From contig JAKMXF010000310.1 in the NCBI GenBank assembly GCA_024704765.1, positions 186,001 to 250,000 on the forward strand: a DNA stretch of 64,000 nt, read 5' to 3'. Of this stretch, positions 40,130 to 52,645 are shown one piece after another. Below the pieces are notes generated by a model. That model had not been told where the DNA came from and did not search any database. It worked only from the letters and a program-made list of their open reading frames with translations. The stretch's first letter is position 1. Each line of letters opens with the position of its first letter. The translations under genes and the position numbers were made by a program. This DNA is from Oopsacas minuta. Its lineage: Eukaryota; Animalia; Porifera.

Positions 40130-41173
40130 TTAATAACGTAACTTTTTCGCTACACTAGCACGTCCGTCATCCAGAGTCCTCTTCTTATGCTCAGAGGATA
40201 CAGCCTCATCATTTGCCAAGGAGGAGCATTCCTGAGGAAGAGGGAGCTGATGACTGATGGTAGGTGATGGTTTCCGTGAGAAATATGCAGACTTAAGTGC
40301 ATCAGTAGCAGTGCATCTTTTAGCTGGATTTAACATTAACATAGACACTAATAATTGTATTGTATCTTCTGAAGCAGCAGTGAATATATCTGATAAGTTG
40401 TATTTATCGTTTTTAACAACAATTTCAATATAAGAAGGCAGGTTAGATACTCCAGGCCATACTTCTTCAGTTGCATTCCCGAATACTTCAAATATCCTAT
40501 AGAGCTGAGCTATATCGTTATCTCCCTGTAGGAATGGAACTCTCAGAAACAGTTCAGCTAGTATACATCCAGTAGCCCAGATATCTACACCTGTTCCGTA
40601 TAGAGTAGCTCCGTATAGCAGCTCGGGACATCTATACCATCTTGTAACCACCTGATGAGTGTAGTTACGACTAGGACTAGCATAAGCCTTAGCCAGCCCG
40701 AAATCTGTTATTTTCAATACTCCCTGTTTGTTAATGAGAAGATTATTTGGTTTGATATCTCTATGTAACACCCAGCGTGAGTGTAAGTACTCCATGCCTA
40801 GTAGAGTCATTAGCATGTATTTCTTTATATGTCTAGCTGTTAGAACTAGACTAGAATCTTGTATTATCTTCTCTAAGTCTGTGTCCATAAAATCAAATAC
40901 GAGACTAACATTAGAATTGTGACCAAAGAATACGTTTAATAATCCAATCACATTTTCATGTTCTATTTCTTTCAAAAGTTTTATTTCTCTGAGAGCAGTT
41001 CTATTTATACCATCTCGTGTTTCTGATCTCTTCCCGAGTTTAATTTTCTTGATGGCTACAATATCGTGTGTTTCAAGATCTTCTGCCTTATATACAGTAG
41101 CGAACTGTCCTTCTCCTAGAAATATAATTTTCTTATAGCGATTCACTTTAGTGCCAGTCTGATTGGATTCCAT
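40130..41173 (-). CDS. CDK7: cyclin-dependent kinase 7 (CAK/TFIIH kinase), single exon
   Basis: [26 protein letters not shown]-loop [16 protein letters not shown]. Confidence 0.95.
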   Translation of the reverse strand: MESNQTGTKVNRYKKIIFLGEGQFATVYKAEDLETHDIVAIKKIKLGKRSETRDGINRTALREIKLLKEIEHENVIGLLNVFFGHNSNVSLVFDFMDTDLEKIIQDSSLVLTARHIKKYMLMTLLGMEYLHSRWVLHRDIKPNNLLINKQGVLKITDFGLAKAYASPSRNYTHQVVTRWYRCPELLYGATLYGTGVDIWATGCILAELFLRVPFLQGDNDIAQLYRIFEVFGNATEEVWPGVSNLPSYIEIVVKNDKYNLSDIFTAASEDTIQLLVSMLMLNPAKRCTATDALKSAYFSRKPSPTISHQLPLPQECSSLANDEAVSSEHKKRTLDDGRASVAKKLRY

Positions 41174-41504
41174 TTTTGTTACTTGATAATTTAATACGTA
41201 CTAGCGTACTAGATATATTTCACTATTGGAAGTGCAGTAGCTCTGCTTAATAGAAGGACCGGTTTATCGGATCAACCTTATTAGGATACTTGACCATAAA
41301 CCGAACCGCGCAGTATTAAATTCTTCCGGTAAATCGGGCCAACACCATTACAGCTTTATCTAAAATGCAATGGCATAGTCCCGAAGTGACCCTATCAACC
41401 CATGGCGGTCAGAGCCGGTACGCCAGACCCGATTGTCGGACTCATTTTCGACTAAGGTAAGATTGATAGTAAAGGTAAACAATTTTCAAACCCAATAGAA
41501 CAAT

Positions 41505-42002
41505 CTATAATACATCTAATGCTAATGTATCTGTATTTGTGTGAGAAAGATATTCATTAATTAAAACCAATTGATAAACAATCAAATCTTCCATAGTATT
41601 GATGAGAAAATTTTCTTTTAATTTGTCTTCAGGGCTAAGTTCAACTGTTTGTTCTTTTGAAAACAGACAATTTGATGTATTTAAATGAGGAGAAATATAA
41701 ACAGGAGGACGGCCAGGAAATAAGCAGGGAACAGCTCCTTCTCTTAGTTTAGGTGTTAAACGAGATATCTCTGTAAATGTACCATCACCATTGGGGACTT
41801 TATGTGTCAATACTATATCAGCCTTGAGGAAGTGTTTAATACATACGTACACTTTACGGAGTCTTTCTAGGTCTTCTCTATCAATTGCTACTGTCCATGC
41901 TTGTTTCAACTCTGGTGGACGTAATGGCATTTTGAATATCGGTATCCTATCCTCTGGTTTGTAATTACTTTTACACTTTACGACAGAGCACTTGCTTGGC
42001 AT
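41505..42002 (-). CDS. THAP-domain protein (A)
   Basis: C2CH signature CSVVKC...W...VCIKHF...AVP at the N-terminus. Confidence 0.8.
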   Translation of the reverse strand: MPSKCSVVKCKSNYKPEDRIPIFKMPLRPPELKQAWTVAIDREDLERLRKVYVCIKHFLKADIVLTHKVPNGDGTFTEISRLTPKLREGAVPCLFPGRPPVYISPHLNTSNCLFSKEQTVELSPEDKLKENFLINTMEDLIVYQLVLINEYLSHTNTDTLALDVL

Positions 42003-42650
42003 AATCTACACAAAACGCTAATAATATACTTAATCATGATAAATTAAAGAATTTTGGTAGAAGATTCATTTCTCCCAGATTAGACCTGACTAGCTGTTGG
42101 GGGACAATTCTTTAGGATTTGTTAAGATGTCAATAGGAGAGAAATAATGATAAATTAATTATATGATTGATACGAATGAGAAAATTGGTCGCTAGAAGAT
42201 TCGTAGCGGAAACATCCAAGCAGTATAGCCACTAATCCAGTGAAAATCCTCACTACAACCAGGCCAGGACTGCCTCAAAATGACCTAGATAGACCCTAGA
42301 CGAATCCCCCGTGATTAATATTTCGGTGATGAGTTTTCCGGTAAAGTATTAATACCAGTACAAAGCTGAATTTCTATATACCAGATAACCCGGACTAACC
42401 GTTCGAAACTAATCAGAGTATTCATTCGGTTCAATAAGTTGAATAATACCCAAAAATTAACACATATATCAAGTGTTCATTCATACACGAGATTCATTCA
42501 TTCATCAGCATGGCATGAGGCTATGACCATTCTTTCAGTTTTTTGGGCTGATTTCTTAGGTCCTACCTGCCTCTCTAAACCTATTCATTTTGCCAGCGTC
42601 TCTCAAGGCACATTTTCACGTGTTTGGATATTGATTGTGGTAGGATATCA

Positions 42651-43240
42651 TTACCCAGAATAGCCTGTATAAAAGTTCGAACACATCCCGTATAAGAGAA
42701 ATATATTCATAGATGGTGAATGATTCTCGTATGCAAATGAACACATTGAATAGCTCGATTTATTAATAACCGTTTCTTCCTTGCCTTCCAAACTCTCTAA
42801 AAATTCATTTTCCATCCCCAGCTGCTTCCTATCATCTCTTGACAACCTTTTTCTCTTAATATAGCAGTTAGTAAGATTAGAATCAAAATCTGGAAATATA
42901 CACGGTACTGCATATTTCTTCAGAGATACTCTATCCCTAGGAATTACTATTGTGTGCTGTCCATCAAAATATTCTATAGTCTTCTCTATATCATGTTCCC
43001 TAAAATGTTTAATACATACCTAGAAAATGAGAGATTTGTAAATGATTTACTAATGTGTAACGTTAAATAACATCAAAAACTAACTTTTAATTGTTTATTG
43101 TCCTCGTAGTCTGACCTGGGTCTTGGGATTGCTCTGAACCATTTTTCACGTATTTCTCGAACTTTTGGGAAGTTGAAGGTAGTTGTGAATTTATGTTGAC
43201 TTCTATAGTTAGATTTACATCCAGGAACACTGCAGGTCAT
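42651..43240 (-). CDS. THAP-domain protein (B); exons 43240-43085 and 43019-42651
   Basis: Hand translation MTCSVPGCKSNY...KWFRAIPR...|VCIKHF...AVPCIFP; a 65-bp phase-0 GT-AG intron; only the tail appears in the ORF track. Confidence 0.8.
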
Positions 43241-45238
43241 GATATTTCGTAGAAATTAAAATTGTGTCGAGTAAAGTAGGATTTTGGTGTATACGAGTAA
43301 ACTAGCTGATATAACAAACATTTATCTGAAAATATACAAATATACCGTATTAGTCTGAATAAGCGTCCAGGCGCTTATTCTTTTCGTGAATATTTTTTGG
43401 TCTAAATATTTGTTTGAAATTACAGAAAAAGTTAATAATTATCCTAATTAGTTGCAATGTTAAATGAAATTTCAAAGAAATTCTTCTAGATAGTTGCGAT
43501 AAATTTGTATTCACAAGTCCTGGAGGGTTATGTAGCCCATGATACTTATTCATGGATATACGGTATTAATAGCTAAAATTAATAAATTATAATAATACTA
43601 TCAGAGAAATAACGCTGTTACACAAACCAGGCAGCCAAAGGTCAACTGGTACCGCGTACCTGCAACAGATCTTAGAAATAAAATCCAATTTAACGTAGCA
43701 TGAAGTTAATGAATATGAATATATGCGCATACAATGGCATCAAAACCTGCTTCCAATATGTTAATCACAGGAAACGGCTTTTGATGTCTTGATGCACTAT
43801 GCACTAACCGATAATACTTATAGCTCAGATACTGTTTACCACGATCCGTATTTCCTTACAGCGGGCAGAGCCGCAGAATGAAAGAGGCAAAATTAATAGA
43901 ACGCTGGCGTATTTTTCAAGGAAATACGAAATTGGATATGAAATATTCAATGATTGCTGATTTGGTCACTTACAATATAATTTGATAAATAGATTAAGAA
44001 TCATCGTTAGATTACCTCATCTTGCTTTGTTCTGGTTTGAATAGTTATTGTGAATTATTGTCTATATTTTGAAAAGATAATATAGAGAATCTCGAAATAG
44101 AACTGAGAATCTGCTTAATAATCGGTACTACCATTACTATATTTGTTACTCTAACATTCAGTTAGTGGTTGTAAATACTGAATAATTTGACCATAACACA
44201 CCAACCATGCACACGGGGGCCTATTTAGAATATAGGCCATATATATGTGTCTATATTTACTATAAAACCTTCATTATTGACTACCTTAACGAATTAAATA
44301 TTTTCTTTAGAACGAATACACATCACTATTGGAGGTTAATCAATGCGTAATTGCCGGTGTGAAGAATGAGAACATTTTAGGTTCGCATAACACTATTGTG
44401 AGGGCAGGGGCGTAGATCCGTAATTTTTCTGGGGGGATGGAGAATTTAAAACTAGCACTTTTCTACATATGACAAATATGAATATGCCATAATCGTAGTC
44501 ATTAAACTTCCTACCTCGACAAAAAGATAAATATACAATAATAAAAACAGCTAAGAACAGATCATAGTACATATAATATAATTTATACTTGGTAGTGTGA
44601 AGAGAACCTATTGATTTAATATATCTAGATTAAAGTATAAATTATTCGAAATTGTCAAATATTTTCGGCGTATTTCACTTCTCGTTGAAAACTCTTTTGC
44701 TAGTGTAGCGATATTTATTCTATCAAGAATTTCTTTGTGAACATTACATACACATACTGAATTCAAACGTTTCTGGGTCATTGAATTCCTGAGCCGTCTT
44801 TATTTGAGAGCAAAAATAATGTAGACGTATCTCAAAAGTTAAAATGTAGGGGGGAGATGATTACATAGAGCACCCCCCCTCAGTTTATAAGTGGGGATGA
44901 GCCACATGTCCGACATCTGTGAAATTTCAATAGATTGGTAAGAATGAAGCAGATGACGCATACTTCACGAAAGAGTTAGTATTATACACATATATACAGA
45001 ATAAATACATTATTACTGCAGCCATAGTCTCAATTTCACCGAAATTTTGCAAAAATATCCAAAAAATTGAATGACAATATCTGAATCAAGATCTGATTGA
45101 AAGAAACTGATCATATTTTCGGAATCAGGATAAGCAATATACCCTAGGCATAGAGGAATATAATTTGTTGAGGCAACAAATTTGCTGTTCACCTGTGTTA
45201 TATAATAATCTATTTTGATATTAGCCTACACCCAGGAT

Positions 45239-47215
45239 ATGTTAAGTCTTGATTTGATATCATCCAATAATACAACAGATGATCAGCCTGAAAAAGACAG
45301 CAAAAGTGAAACATCTACTGGTGGTGAAGATGATGTGACAGGGAGTGCAGAATGTAGTTTTTATGATGGTAAATGCGGACTTTGGAAATGTACTCCTGGT
45401 TGGCTTCAATTTTTTAACAACCCGAAATTTCTTGTCATTTCACTTTCATGCTTCGTTCTTCTTCAAGGTTCTGTTGCTACTGGATTTATATCTGTTGGAT
45501 TGTCAAGTATAGAACGTCGCTACAACCTACCTAGCTCTCTGTCAGCTTTCGCAGCAATATCCTATGAGATAGGAGTCATTCTTATTCTCCCTTTTAGTAG
45601 TTATTTTGGTGGTAGGGGTCACAAACCTCGAGTACTGGGTATTTCTCTTCTAACGTTGGGGATAGGTTGTCTTATCTTCGCTTCACCTCAATATATTAGT
45701 GGAGCGTACCAGAGCTTCAATTCAACACTATCATCTGAAATTTGCACTAATAAATCTAATTCCAGACCTATCTGTAGTTCTCCTCTCATATATTACTATC
45801 CTCTTTTCATATTCGGTAATATGATTATTGGTTTTGGTTCTAGCACTCTTTACACGGTAGGTACAGGGTTCATTGACGATAGCACACATCCCAGATATTC
45901 TCCTATATACATCAGTGTGTTCTATATTGCATCTGTTCTTGGTCCAGCAATAGGTTTCGGGTTGGGTGGATTTTTCTTATCTGTATATGTTGACCCTTTC
46001 TCACCTACTACACTGACTAGTACAGACACTCAATGGGTAGGAGCATGGTGGATTGGATTCGTGTTTGCAGGTACTGTGAGTATTTTAGCTTCTACTCAGT
46101 TTTTCCTCTATCCCAGACGTATCAAAGGCTCAAGAGAGTACGATAAGTTGAGGAAAGAAAACCAGCCAGTTGAGAACCAAGGCATTTCATTCGAGGAAGA
46201 TCATAACATCTCCCTATTTAAAATGCTTAAAGAGTATCCGAATTACTTGCGTAGGATACTTAGAAACCTTACATTTCTATTTGCTACCCTTGGAGTAACT
46301 ACAGGTGCATTCGTTATCGCTGGAGTAGTTACATTTTTGCCAAAGTATGTCGAAGTTCAATTCGGAGTTTCTCCAAGCATTGCTTCCTACTTAATCGGGG
46401 GCATCAGTATACCTGCTGCATCTATTGGTATATTTTTAGGCGGGTTAACTCTATTTATTTTCAAAAAGCTCTCTGTTGAACGCTTGGCCCTGATGCTTCT
46501 AATACTTACTCTGATAGAATTAATTATTCCTCCTGTCTTACTAATTACTTGTTCTAATACACGTATTGCTGGGGTGAACTATAATTATCCTAATTCCACA
46601 AAGCTATCTAACTTTGCCATCAGAAATCTTAACGAGAGTTGTTTCTCTAATTGTAATTGTGAGACATATTTATATCAGCCAATATGTTCAGAAGGTGTGA
46701 CTTACATCTCTCCTTGCTTGGCTGGATGTACAGGACAAGCTAATTCAAGCGGATTCTATTCTAATTGTTCTTGTGTACAAGATCAATCTGTAACAATTGA
46801 TGGTAAATGTCCTGAAATGTGTACGGTGACGATTATTATCGCTGCTATACTGCTATTCTTTGCGATTGTATTATTATTCTACAATAATATTCCTTTTCTC
46901 AAACTCTCTCTGAGATGTGTAGCTGATAAAGATCGTACTGTCGCATTAGGTATTCAATCACTGATAACACGAATATTCGGTCAATTACCTGGTCCGCTAG
47001 CCCTGGGAGGTATATTTGATCTGAACTGTGTTCTTTGGCAAGAAACAGACTGTGGAACACGTGGCGCCTGTTTAGAGTATAATAGAGAAACCTTAAAATA
47101 CTCATTTATTGGGTTATTAGGAGGTGGGATTATCATAACCAATATTTTCTTCTTTTTGGCTTGGATTACATGGAAATACAGAAAAATTCCAAAGGAAGAA
47201 TTTCAAAAAGAGTAA
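45239..47215 (+). CDS. organic anion transporting polypeptide (OATP/SLCO, SLCO4-like)
   Basis: SSIERRYNL, WVGAWWIGF, TFLPKY.E.QFG, Kazal-like CNC...YQPICSEGVTYISPCLAGC, G..P.P...G..FD..C..WQ...CG.RGAC..Y; the start could be further upstream. Confidence 0.92.
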   Translation: MLSLDLISSNNTTDDQPEKDSKSETSTGGEDDVTGSAECSFYDGKCGLWKCTPGWLQFFNNPKFLVISLSCFVLLQGSVATGFISVGLSSIERRYNLPSSLSAFAAISYEIGVILILPFSSYFGGRGHKPRVLGISLLTLGIGCLIFASPQYISGAYQSFNSTLSSEICTNKSNSRPICSSPLIYYYPLFIFGNMIIGFGSSTLYTVGTGFIDDSTHPRYSPIYISVFYIASVLGPAIGFGLGGFFLSVYVDPFSPTTLTSTDTQWVGAWWIGFVFAGTVSILASTQFFLYPRRIKGSREYDKLRKENQPVENQGISFEEDHNISLFKMLKEYPNYLRRILRNLTFLFATLGVTTGAFVIAGVVTFLPKYVEVQFGVSPSIASYLIGGISIPAASIGIFLGGLTLFIFKKLSVERLALMLLILTLIELIIPPVLLITCSNTRIAGVNYNYPNSTKLSNFAIRNLNESCFSNCNCETYLYQPICSEGVTYISPCLAGCTGQANSSGFYSNCSCVQDQSVTIDGKCPEMCTVTIIIAAILLFFAIVLLFYNNIPFLKLSLRCVADKDRTVALGIQSLITRIFGQLPGPLALGGIFDLNCVLWQETDCGTRGACLEYNRETLKYSFIGLLGGGIIITNIFFFLAWITWKYRKIPKEEFQKE

Positions 47216-47378
47216 ATTGAAAACTTTGTGTTTATAATTGTTACTTTTTAATATATACATTCTATTTGATCTGAATTTAGTGTGAAGTGTACTCAAGGTT
47301 GTTATAAATTCGATCTATCTTACTAGGTATGTGTGATTATATTTGTTTTAAAGCTATTATAAGATGAATTTCTATATA

Positions 47379-48084
47379 CAAGGGTTGTTCATTATGAGAC
47401 TAAATTGTATAATTATAGAACTAAACTAAAACCTATATATATAATCCGAGTCAAATCTTTCGAAATATCCCCTCTAACTCTATACATCGTTTTCATCGTG
47501 CTGGTAGCTTTTCTAGCACAGTGGCATAGAATTCCTTAGGTGTGTCTATTTCCCAATGTTTCACTTCCCCCTCCAGCAGTTTGAAACAATAAATCTCTTC
47601 CCTCAAAGAGGTCTCTTCATCTCTCCGAATAACCACAGTAGTCGCTGGGAACCAGGTCTTGACTGTAAGGGGGGTGAGGGGGGCATTCGAAACCCAATTC
47701 GTGAATTGCATCCATTGTTTTGGAGCTTACATGCGGCATTGCGTTGTCATGTTGGAGTAGCAGACCACGTGTCTACCTGCCTCGCCTCTCACGCTTAATT
47801 GTTTCAATTATTGGATGTAGTAATCACTGTTGATGCTAGTCTTCTCTGGTAATAAAGAAGTAGAATTCCTTCCATATCCCAGAATACAGTGGCCATTCTA
47901 TTTCCAGCTGATGGTGCGGCCTTCACCTTCTTGGGCACAGGTTCATCGCGCCCTTTCCATTGTTTCGATTGACTTTAATCTCTGGTTCATAATAATGAAT
48001 CCAAGAGTCATCACCTGTTACGATACGGTCCAAAAAAGTTACTATCAGACTTGTACATGGACAATAATTTCTTGCTAACTTTAA
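47379..48084 (-). mobile_element. degenerate mariner (DD34D) transposon, 5'-truncated
   Basis: Frameshifted RIVTGDDSWIHYYEPE, MATVFWD..GILL, LLQHDNA.PH, HPPYSQDLVPSDY; possible TIR TA-CAAGGGTTGTTC at 47377. Confidence 0.85.
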
Positions 48085-48190
48085 CCGATTACGGCAGAAG
48101 TGTTACGGTCGTAACGAACAGGAATACTTTACCACTTCGTTTTAACCAATTTCCGCACCCAGATCGAGATGAGCATCTTTTTGACGTCAT
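48085..48190 (-). mobile_element. end of a piggyBac-like element inserted at TTAA in the mariner relic
   Basis: TTAA (48081-84) then CCGATTACGGCAGAAG, homologous to the 34669 and 53468 MITE ends; the other end was not found. Confidence 0.6.
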
Positions 48191-48704
48191 ACATCAAAAA
48201 AGTTCCCATCTCGATTTGACGTCATCCAATATCCTTCGAACTAAGACAATATAATGGCGGTTCCTTGAAGAGGTCGGAAGACATGACGGACGTCATCATG
48301 GAGGCCCTCATCGCCATTTTCAATTCGTTAGATCCATCTGTATATGATGGCTTTTGAAGGACAATCATTGCCAAAACATCCTGCATTTCTTAAGAATATG
48401 CGAACCAGTATTCCCTTTTTCCGCAGGTACCAAAAATTTGCCGTTTCCCTTCCTTGCTAATATCCATTACTTGAAAAAGTACTCAAGACAATTGAAGCTG
48501 GAATTTGAAAAGCTACTACGAGAATATACATTATACATAAGATTGCCAATATATAAACAATTGTAACGAAATAGTAGGCGTAGAGCTGTCATAAATAGGA
48601 ACGGAAATCGATACAATAGTCTCATTACCCTATGAACAACCCCTATATAATTTAATAGTTAATTAAGGAACAAAATATATTTATAAAGTTATAGAACTAA
48701 ACTA

Positions 48705-49550
48705 ATGGTTACAGCTAATCCTTTAGAGAGAATATTCTCCGTAGACTATAAGAGTAAGATACGACCTGTAGTCAGTGTTTGTAAGTGTGGACGGGGTCTA
48801 GAAAATCTGAATGGAGCAGAAGAAGTGACCATTGATAATACTACAGAAGATATCTATGTAGCAGATGGAGGGAATAATCGTGTGAAAGTATTGGATAATA
48901 ATGGCAAGATTCTGTTCAAATTTGGTGATGAGAGAGGAGAAGGAAAGATGGATTATCCAACTGGGTTAGCAATATGTGGAGATAGAATTCTAATTTCACA
49001 AGAAAGCGACTCTATTCTGAACTATCAAGTGAATGGGAAGTTTGTTTCTAGGATAGGGAAACCTGGGAATGGAGAATTAGAATTTCATAATCCTCATGGT
49101 TTGGCAATTGATGAATCTAACGGAGAGGTATACATATGTGATTGCTATAATGATCGTCTTCAGATACTTTCCAATGAACTGATATTCAAAACACAATTTA
49201 GACATTATAACCTCAAACGCCCTCTTCACGTTCAACTTTCGAAAGAATTCATTTATATTCTAGATCAATCTTACCATTGTGTTCATCTTCTCAATTGTAA
49301 TCTCCTTCTACAGAAGAGTGTTATTTCTCTAGGCCCTGGATTACCTTATCCAACAAGGTTCTTCTATATTGACATATCTAACAATTTTTTTATTACAGAT
49401 TTGGATTCTAGCTCTCTTTCTATTTTCAACTCTCAATTCGAATTGATTCACAAGATATCTATACCTCATCCTAGCGGTGTTACAGTAGATAATCAAGGAA
49501 GAGTTATTGTAGCTTGTAGAGGAAGTAACGAGCGTCTTCACATATACTGA
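48705..49550 (+). CDS. NHL-repeat beta-propeller protein
   Basis: Repeated P.G.A.D...G..YV.D..N.R.Q motifs (IYVADGGNNRVKV, FHNPHGLAIDESNGEVYICDCYNDRLQI). Confidence 0.85.
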   Translation: MVTANPLERIFSVDYKSKIRPVVSVCKCGRGLENLNGAEEVTIDNTTEDIYVADGGNNRVKVLDNNGKILFKFGDERGEGKMDYPTGLAICGDRILISQESDSILNYQVNGKFVSRIGKPGNGELEFHNPHGLAIDESNGEVYICDCYNDRLQILSNELIFKTQFRHYNLKRPLHVQLSKEFIYILDQSYHCVHLLNCNLLLQKSVISLGPGLPYPTRFFYIDISNNFFITDLDSSSLSIFNSQFELIHKISIPHPSGVTVDNQGRVIVACRGSNERLHIY

Positions 49551-49950
49551 TTGTACTCCTGATAATTCCTTCAAATTATCATACGTATCTATTTATTAAC
49601 TAATTCTTATACTTTATCTCTGATAGTTTTCCTCCTATTTTCATATAGTTTGTAACCCTTTTTGAGTTCATACAGTACGAGCGCGCTTCGCTTGCTCGCG
49701 GTACGCGGTTGCGAACACTTCGCGTCCACACTCGGGCCTATAGCCCTCGAGTACATAAACTCATAATCTTAACCGTAGCAAACATGATACTGCCATAATC
49801 TTTAAATCTGTTTACTTTATGTCCCCAAAAGTGAACAAATATTGAGGTATTAAAAAGTACTGTGCGCATAGGGATTCATGTACCATAGTAGGCGTATATT
49901 ATACAGATTAAGTTATATTAGACTGCTTTTCAGATCCCAGTTATTCCACT

Positions 49951-50108
49951 CTAGTAATTAGTCTACCAGTCTAGTAAGTAGTCTATCAGTCTAGTAATTA
50001 GTCTATCAGTCTAGTAATTAGTCCACCAGTCTAGTAATTAGTCTATCAGTCTAGTAATTAGTCTATCAGTCTAGTTTAGTCTACCAGCCTGGTAATTAGT
50101 CTACCAGT
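49951..50108. repeat. minisatellite, 8 x 20 bp (CTAGTAATTAGTCTA[C/T]CAGT)
   Basis: Head-to-tail units with no spacers. Confidence 0.95.
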
Positions 50109-50220
50109 GAGAATATATATAATCCAACTTATCATTCACCTTCCTCTCCGAATTCCAATGTGGAAATATCTCTAAATACTTCTCCAGAGAAATGCCCATC
50201 GTCTCCACTATCTTGGTGAA

Positions 50221-51159
50221 TCGATCCATTCAACACCAAATACCATATCAGAACAGCAACCCGATCACTCACCCTTTACTTCCCCTCAGTCTCTTTTGGA
50301 TACATCTGTAGTTTCAATGGGAGGATTATCAGCAGCAAAGGCTTTAATTCCATTAAATGCAACATTTGTGAGAATTTTAGACGAAAAAGTAAGGGATGAC
50401 TGTCGTAAAGAGCTATCGAATGACAAAACCTTTCTTAGTGATGTGACTATCAACGCCTTTGGGGTAAGCTCTCTCTATGATTTAATTATATTATATTTCA
50501 ATACCATTTATAATCTACGTTCGCACTTCGCTTCGACAAACAACTAAACAACTTTTACTAGGTTACTTAATAAATTATGTTTAGGTTTTGATAAAGAATA
50601 ATTATCCAGACATTGAAGGATTCCAGGATACTATTTGCTTATTTTATCGTCCTGAAAATAATTGGCATTTCAAATTGCATGTCTTTTATCTTATTAGAAT
50701 CGCCAATTTGTTAGAACAGCACTAAATAGTTTTCAAATACACCACGATGGTAAACTACACTGGAAAGTGTCTAGGATTGACGATGAAGGAAATATATCAG
50801 TATATGATTCGTTATTAATCCGGGGTCTAAGTGAAGAGCTGGACATCCAACTTGCACTGCTTTATCGAAGCGAGACTGAAGATTTAAAAGTTACAGTTCA
50901 AGAGCTACAACAACAAAGAGGGCTTTCAGATTGTGGTGTCTTTGCTATTGTAGTTAGTATTGCGTTAGCGAATGGTTTAGGACCAAATATATTGAGATGG
51001 AACCAGGGCAATATGAGACGTCACCTGCGTAATTTCATTATTTCTGAAAAATTATCACCCCTGCCTACAATTTCTGAAAGACTCTGTTCACGGATAAAGA
51101 TTAATAAGAAGTTGGAATATACAATTGAACTTTGGTGTATTTGTTCGCAGTTGAATTAA
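50221..51159 (+). pseudogene. Ulp1/SENP-like (C48) cysteine protease remnant with truncated PHD-like tail, probably TE-derived
   Basis: FLSDVTINAF|intron|YPDIEGFQDT...QIHH...HW...VYDSL...QQQRGLSDCGVFAI...MRRHL, ending WCIC then stop; upstream frameshift. Confidence 0.65.
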
Positions 51160-51160
51160 A

Positions 51161-51253
51161 TCTATATTATTTAATCTCAATTGTTGTTTGTCCGTTGAAT
51201 ACCCCGAGGCGTAATGCGGCGATTTCATCGCGAAGCGACGAGCCAAAGGCTTG
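51161..51253 (+). mobile_element. minimal 93-bp Helitron-like element
   Basis: A|TCTATATTATTTAATCTCAAT joined directly to the family 3' hairpin and CTTG|T end. Confidence 0.65.
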
Positions 51254-51828
51254 TATACTTGTATAACATTTAGGCTCTGTTCTGATTGACGAGGGTCACT
51301 GTAGTTACATATAGGTGTCATACCATTGATTTCTTCAAATCTGACATGAATACTACATAGCAATCTTGCAAACGCCAAGCCTTCTGTTTATCAGCAAGCA
51401 GGTGTACATATTGATCTAGTGTTGGAATAGTTAGCTCCTCTTGTGAAAATATTTCAGTGTATACTTCTTTCTTGGGATGCCTAAAAAAGTATATTGAGTA
51501 ATGTTGTGTTAAATAGTAGAGCATTCCATGGAAATGTGCCTTTTCAATACGTAACTTACTTGGTACAATTTCAAACTGCTCTTCTGATATTGTGATATCT
51601 ACTGGCGAAACATCTGTCTTCGAAATTTCAATTCCTCCAATGTTGAGGGTTGTTGCAGTAATGTCAAATTTCTCCTCAACTATTCTTCGTTTCCTTGGAT
51701 GTGGGTGTTTAATTTAAAAAGTTGAGGTAGAGATATTTTCGGCAATGTTTAAACGGGTGAGAAGGATGAAACTGATTATTTCTTATTGTATGAGACAGTC
51801 AGAGACTTATACCAGAGTACTAATACTA

Positions 51829-52008
51829 TAGTAGACTCTCGTTAATACGTACACAGGGGACTGCAAAATACGTACTCCTTATCCGGAGTACGTATTATCC
51901 GAACTAATTACATTGAAAAGGCATCGAAGGGAACTGATAAAGGGGACAAAATTGTAGTCCTTATCCGGAGTTACGCCTTAACCCTGTTCGTATTAACGAG
52001 ACTCTATT
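51829..52008. mobile_element. MITE with about 20-bp TIR
   Basis: TAGACTCTCGTTAATACG ... CGTATTAACGAGACTCTA. Confidence 0.55.
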
Positions 52009-52204
52009 GATATCGGAATACGTACAATTCGTGATATTACTTTTTCTGACCTGCATTCACAATATATATGCATACAACCGTAGCAACATTATATATGCAT
52101 ACAACAAATTGAATAAATATTTTTACATGCATGCGCACAGTACTTAACGGACATGTGCACAGTACCTAATGGACATGCGCACAGTACTTTTTAATATATG
52201 CAAA

Positions 52205-52645
52205 TATTAATTGAAATATTGTTTACAATATCATATTAGGACTCAGCATACTCGACTACCCCAGTATAGTCGTTGAAACCATGTTTCTACAACAATTTTG
52301 AAATTTGTTTACTTTATATACCTAAAAGTAAACAAATATTCATAATATGTTGTTTAGAATACCATATTCAGATATTCATAAAAACAACAATAAAATATAC
52401 ATATGAGAAACTTAAAATGCGAAATTCGTATTCAGCTAACTGTGTTACCTCTGGGTAGCCGTCTAGAACAAGCCTTTAGTTATATTTTGAGATTTGGATA
52501 ATGTTTACTTTATATTCATAAAAACAACAATAAATTTGCATACGATTAATCCAAAAGTGTGAAAATCGGATTCAGCATGTCCGATATGTTCAGTTAAGTT
52601 TTATTGAATTAAATTTACTTCCTTGAATTAAACACGATAAACATG
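52205..52645 (-). repeat. Helitron-family copy, reverse orientation, partial
   Basis: Reverse complement of the 52903-53321 / 5284 family body. Confidence 0.6.

Noticed and set aside
49951-50108. Regular 20-bp repeats resembling a CRISPR array
   Set aside because: Units are head-to-tail with no unique spacers, there are no cas genes, and the context is eukaryotic; this is a minisatellite.
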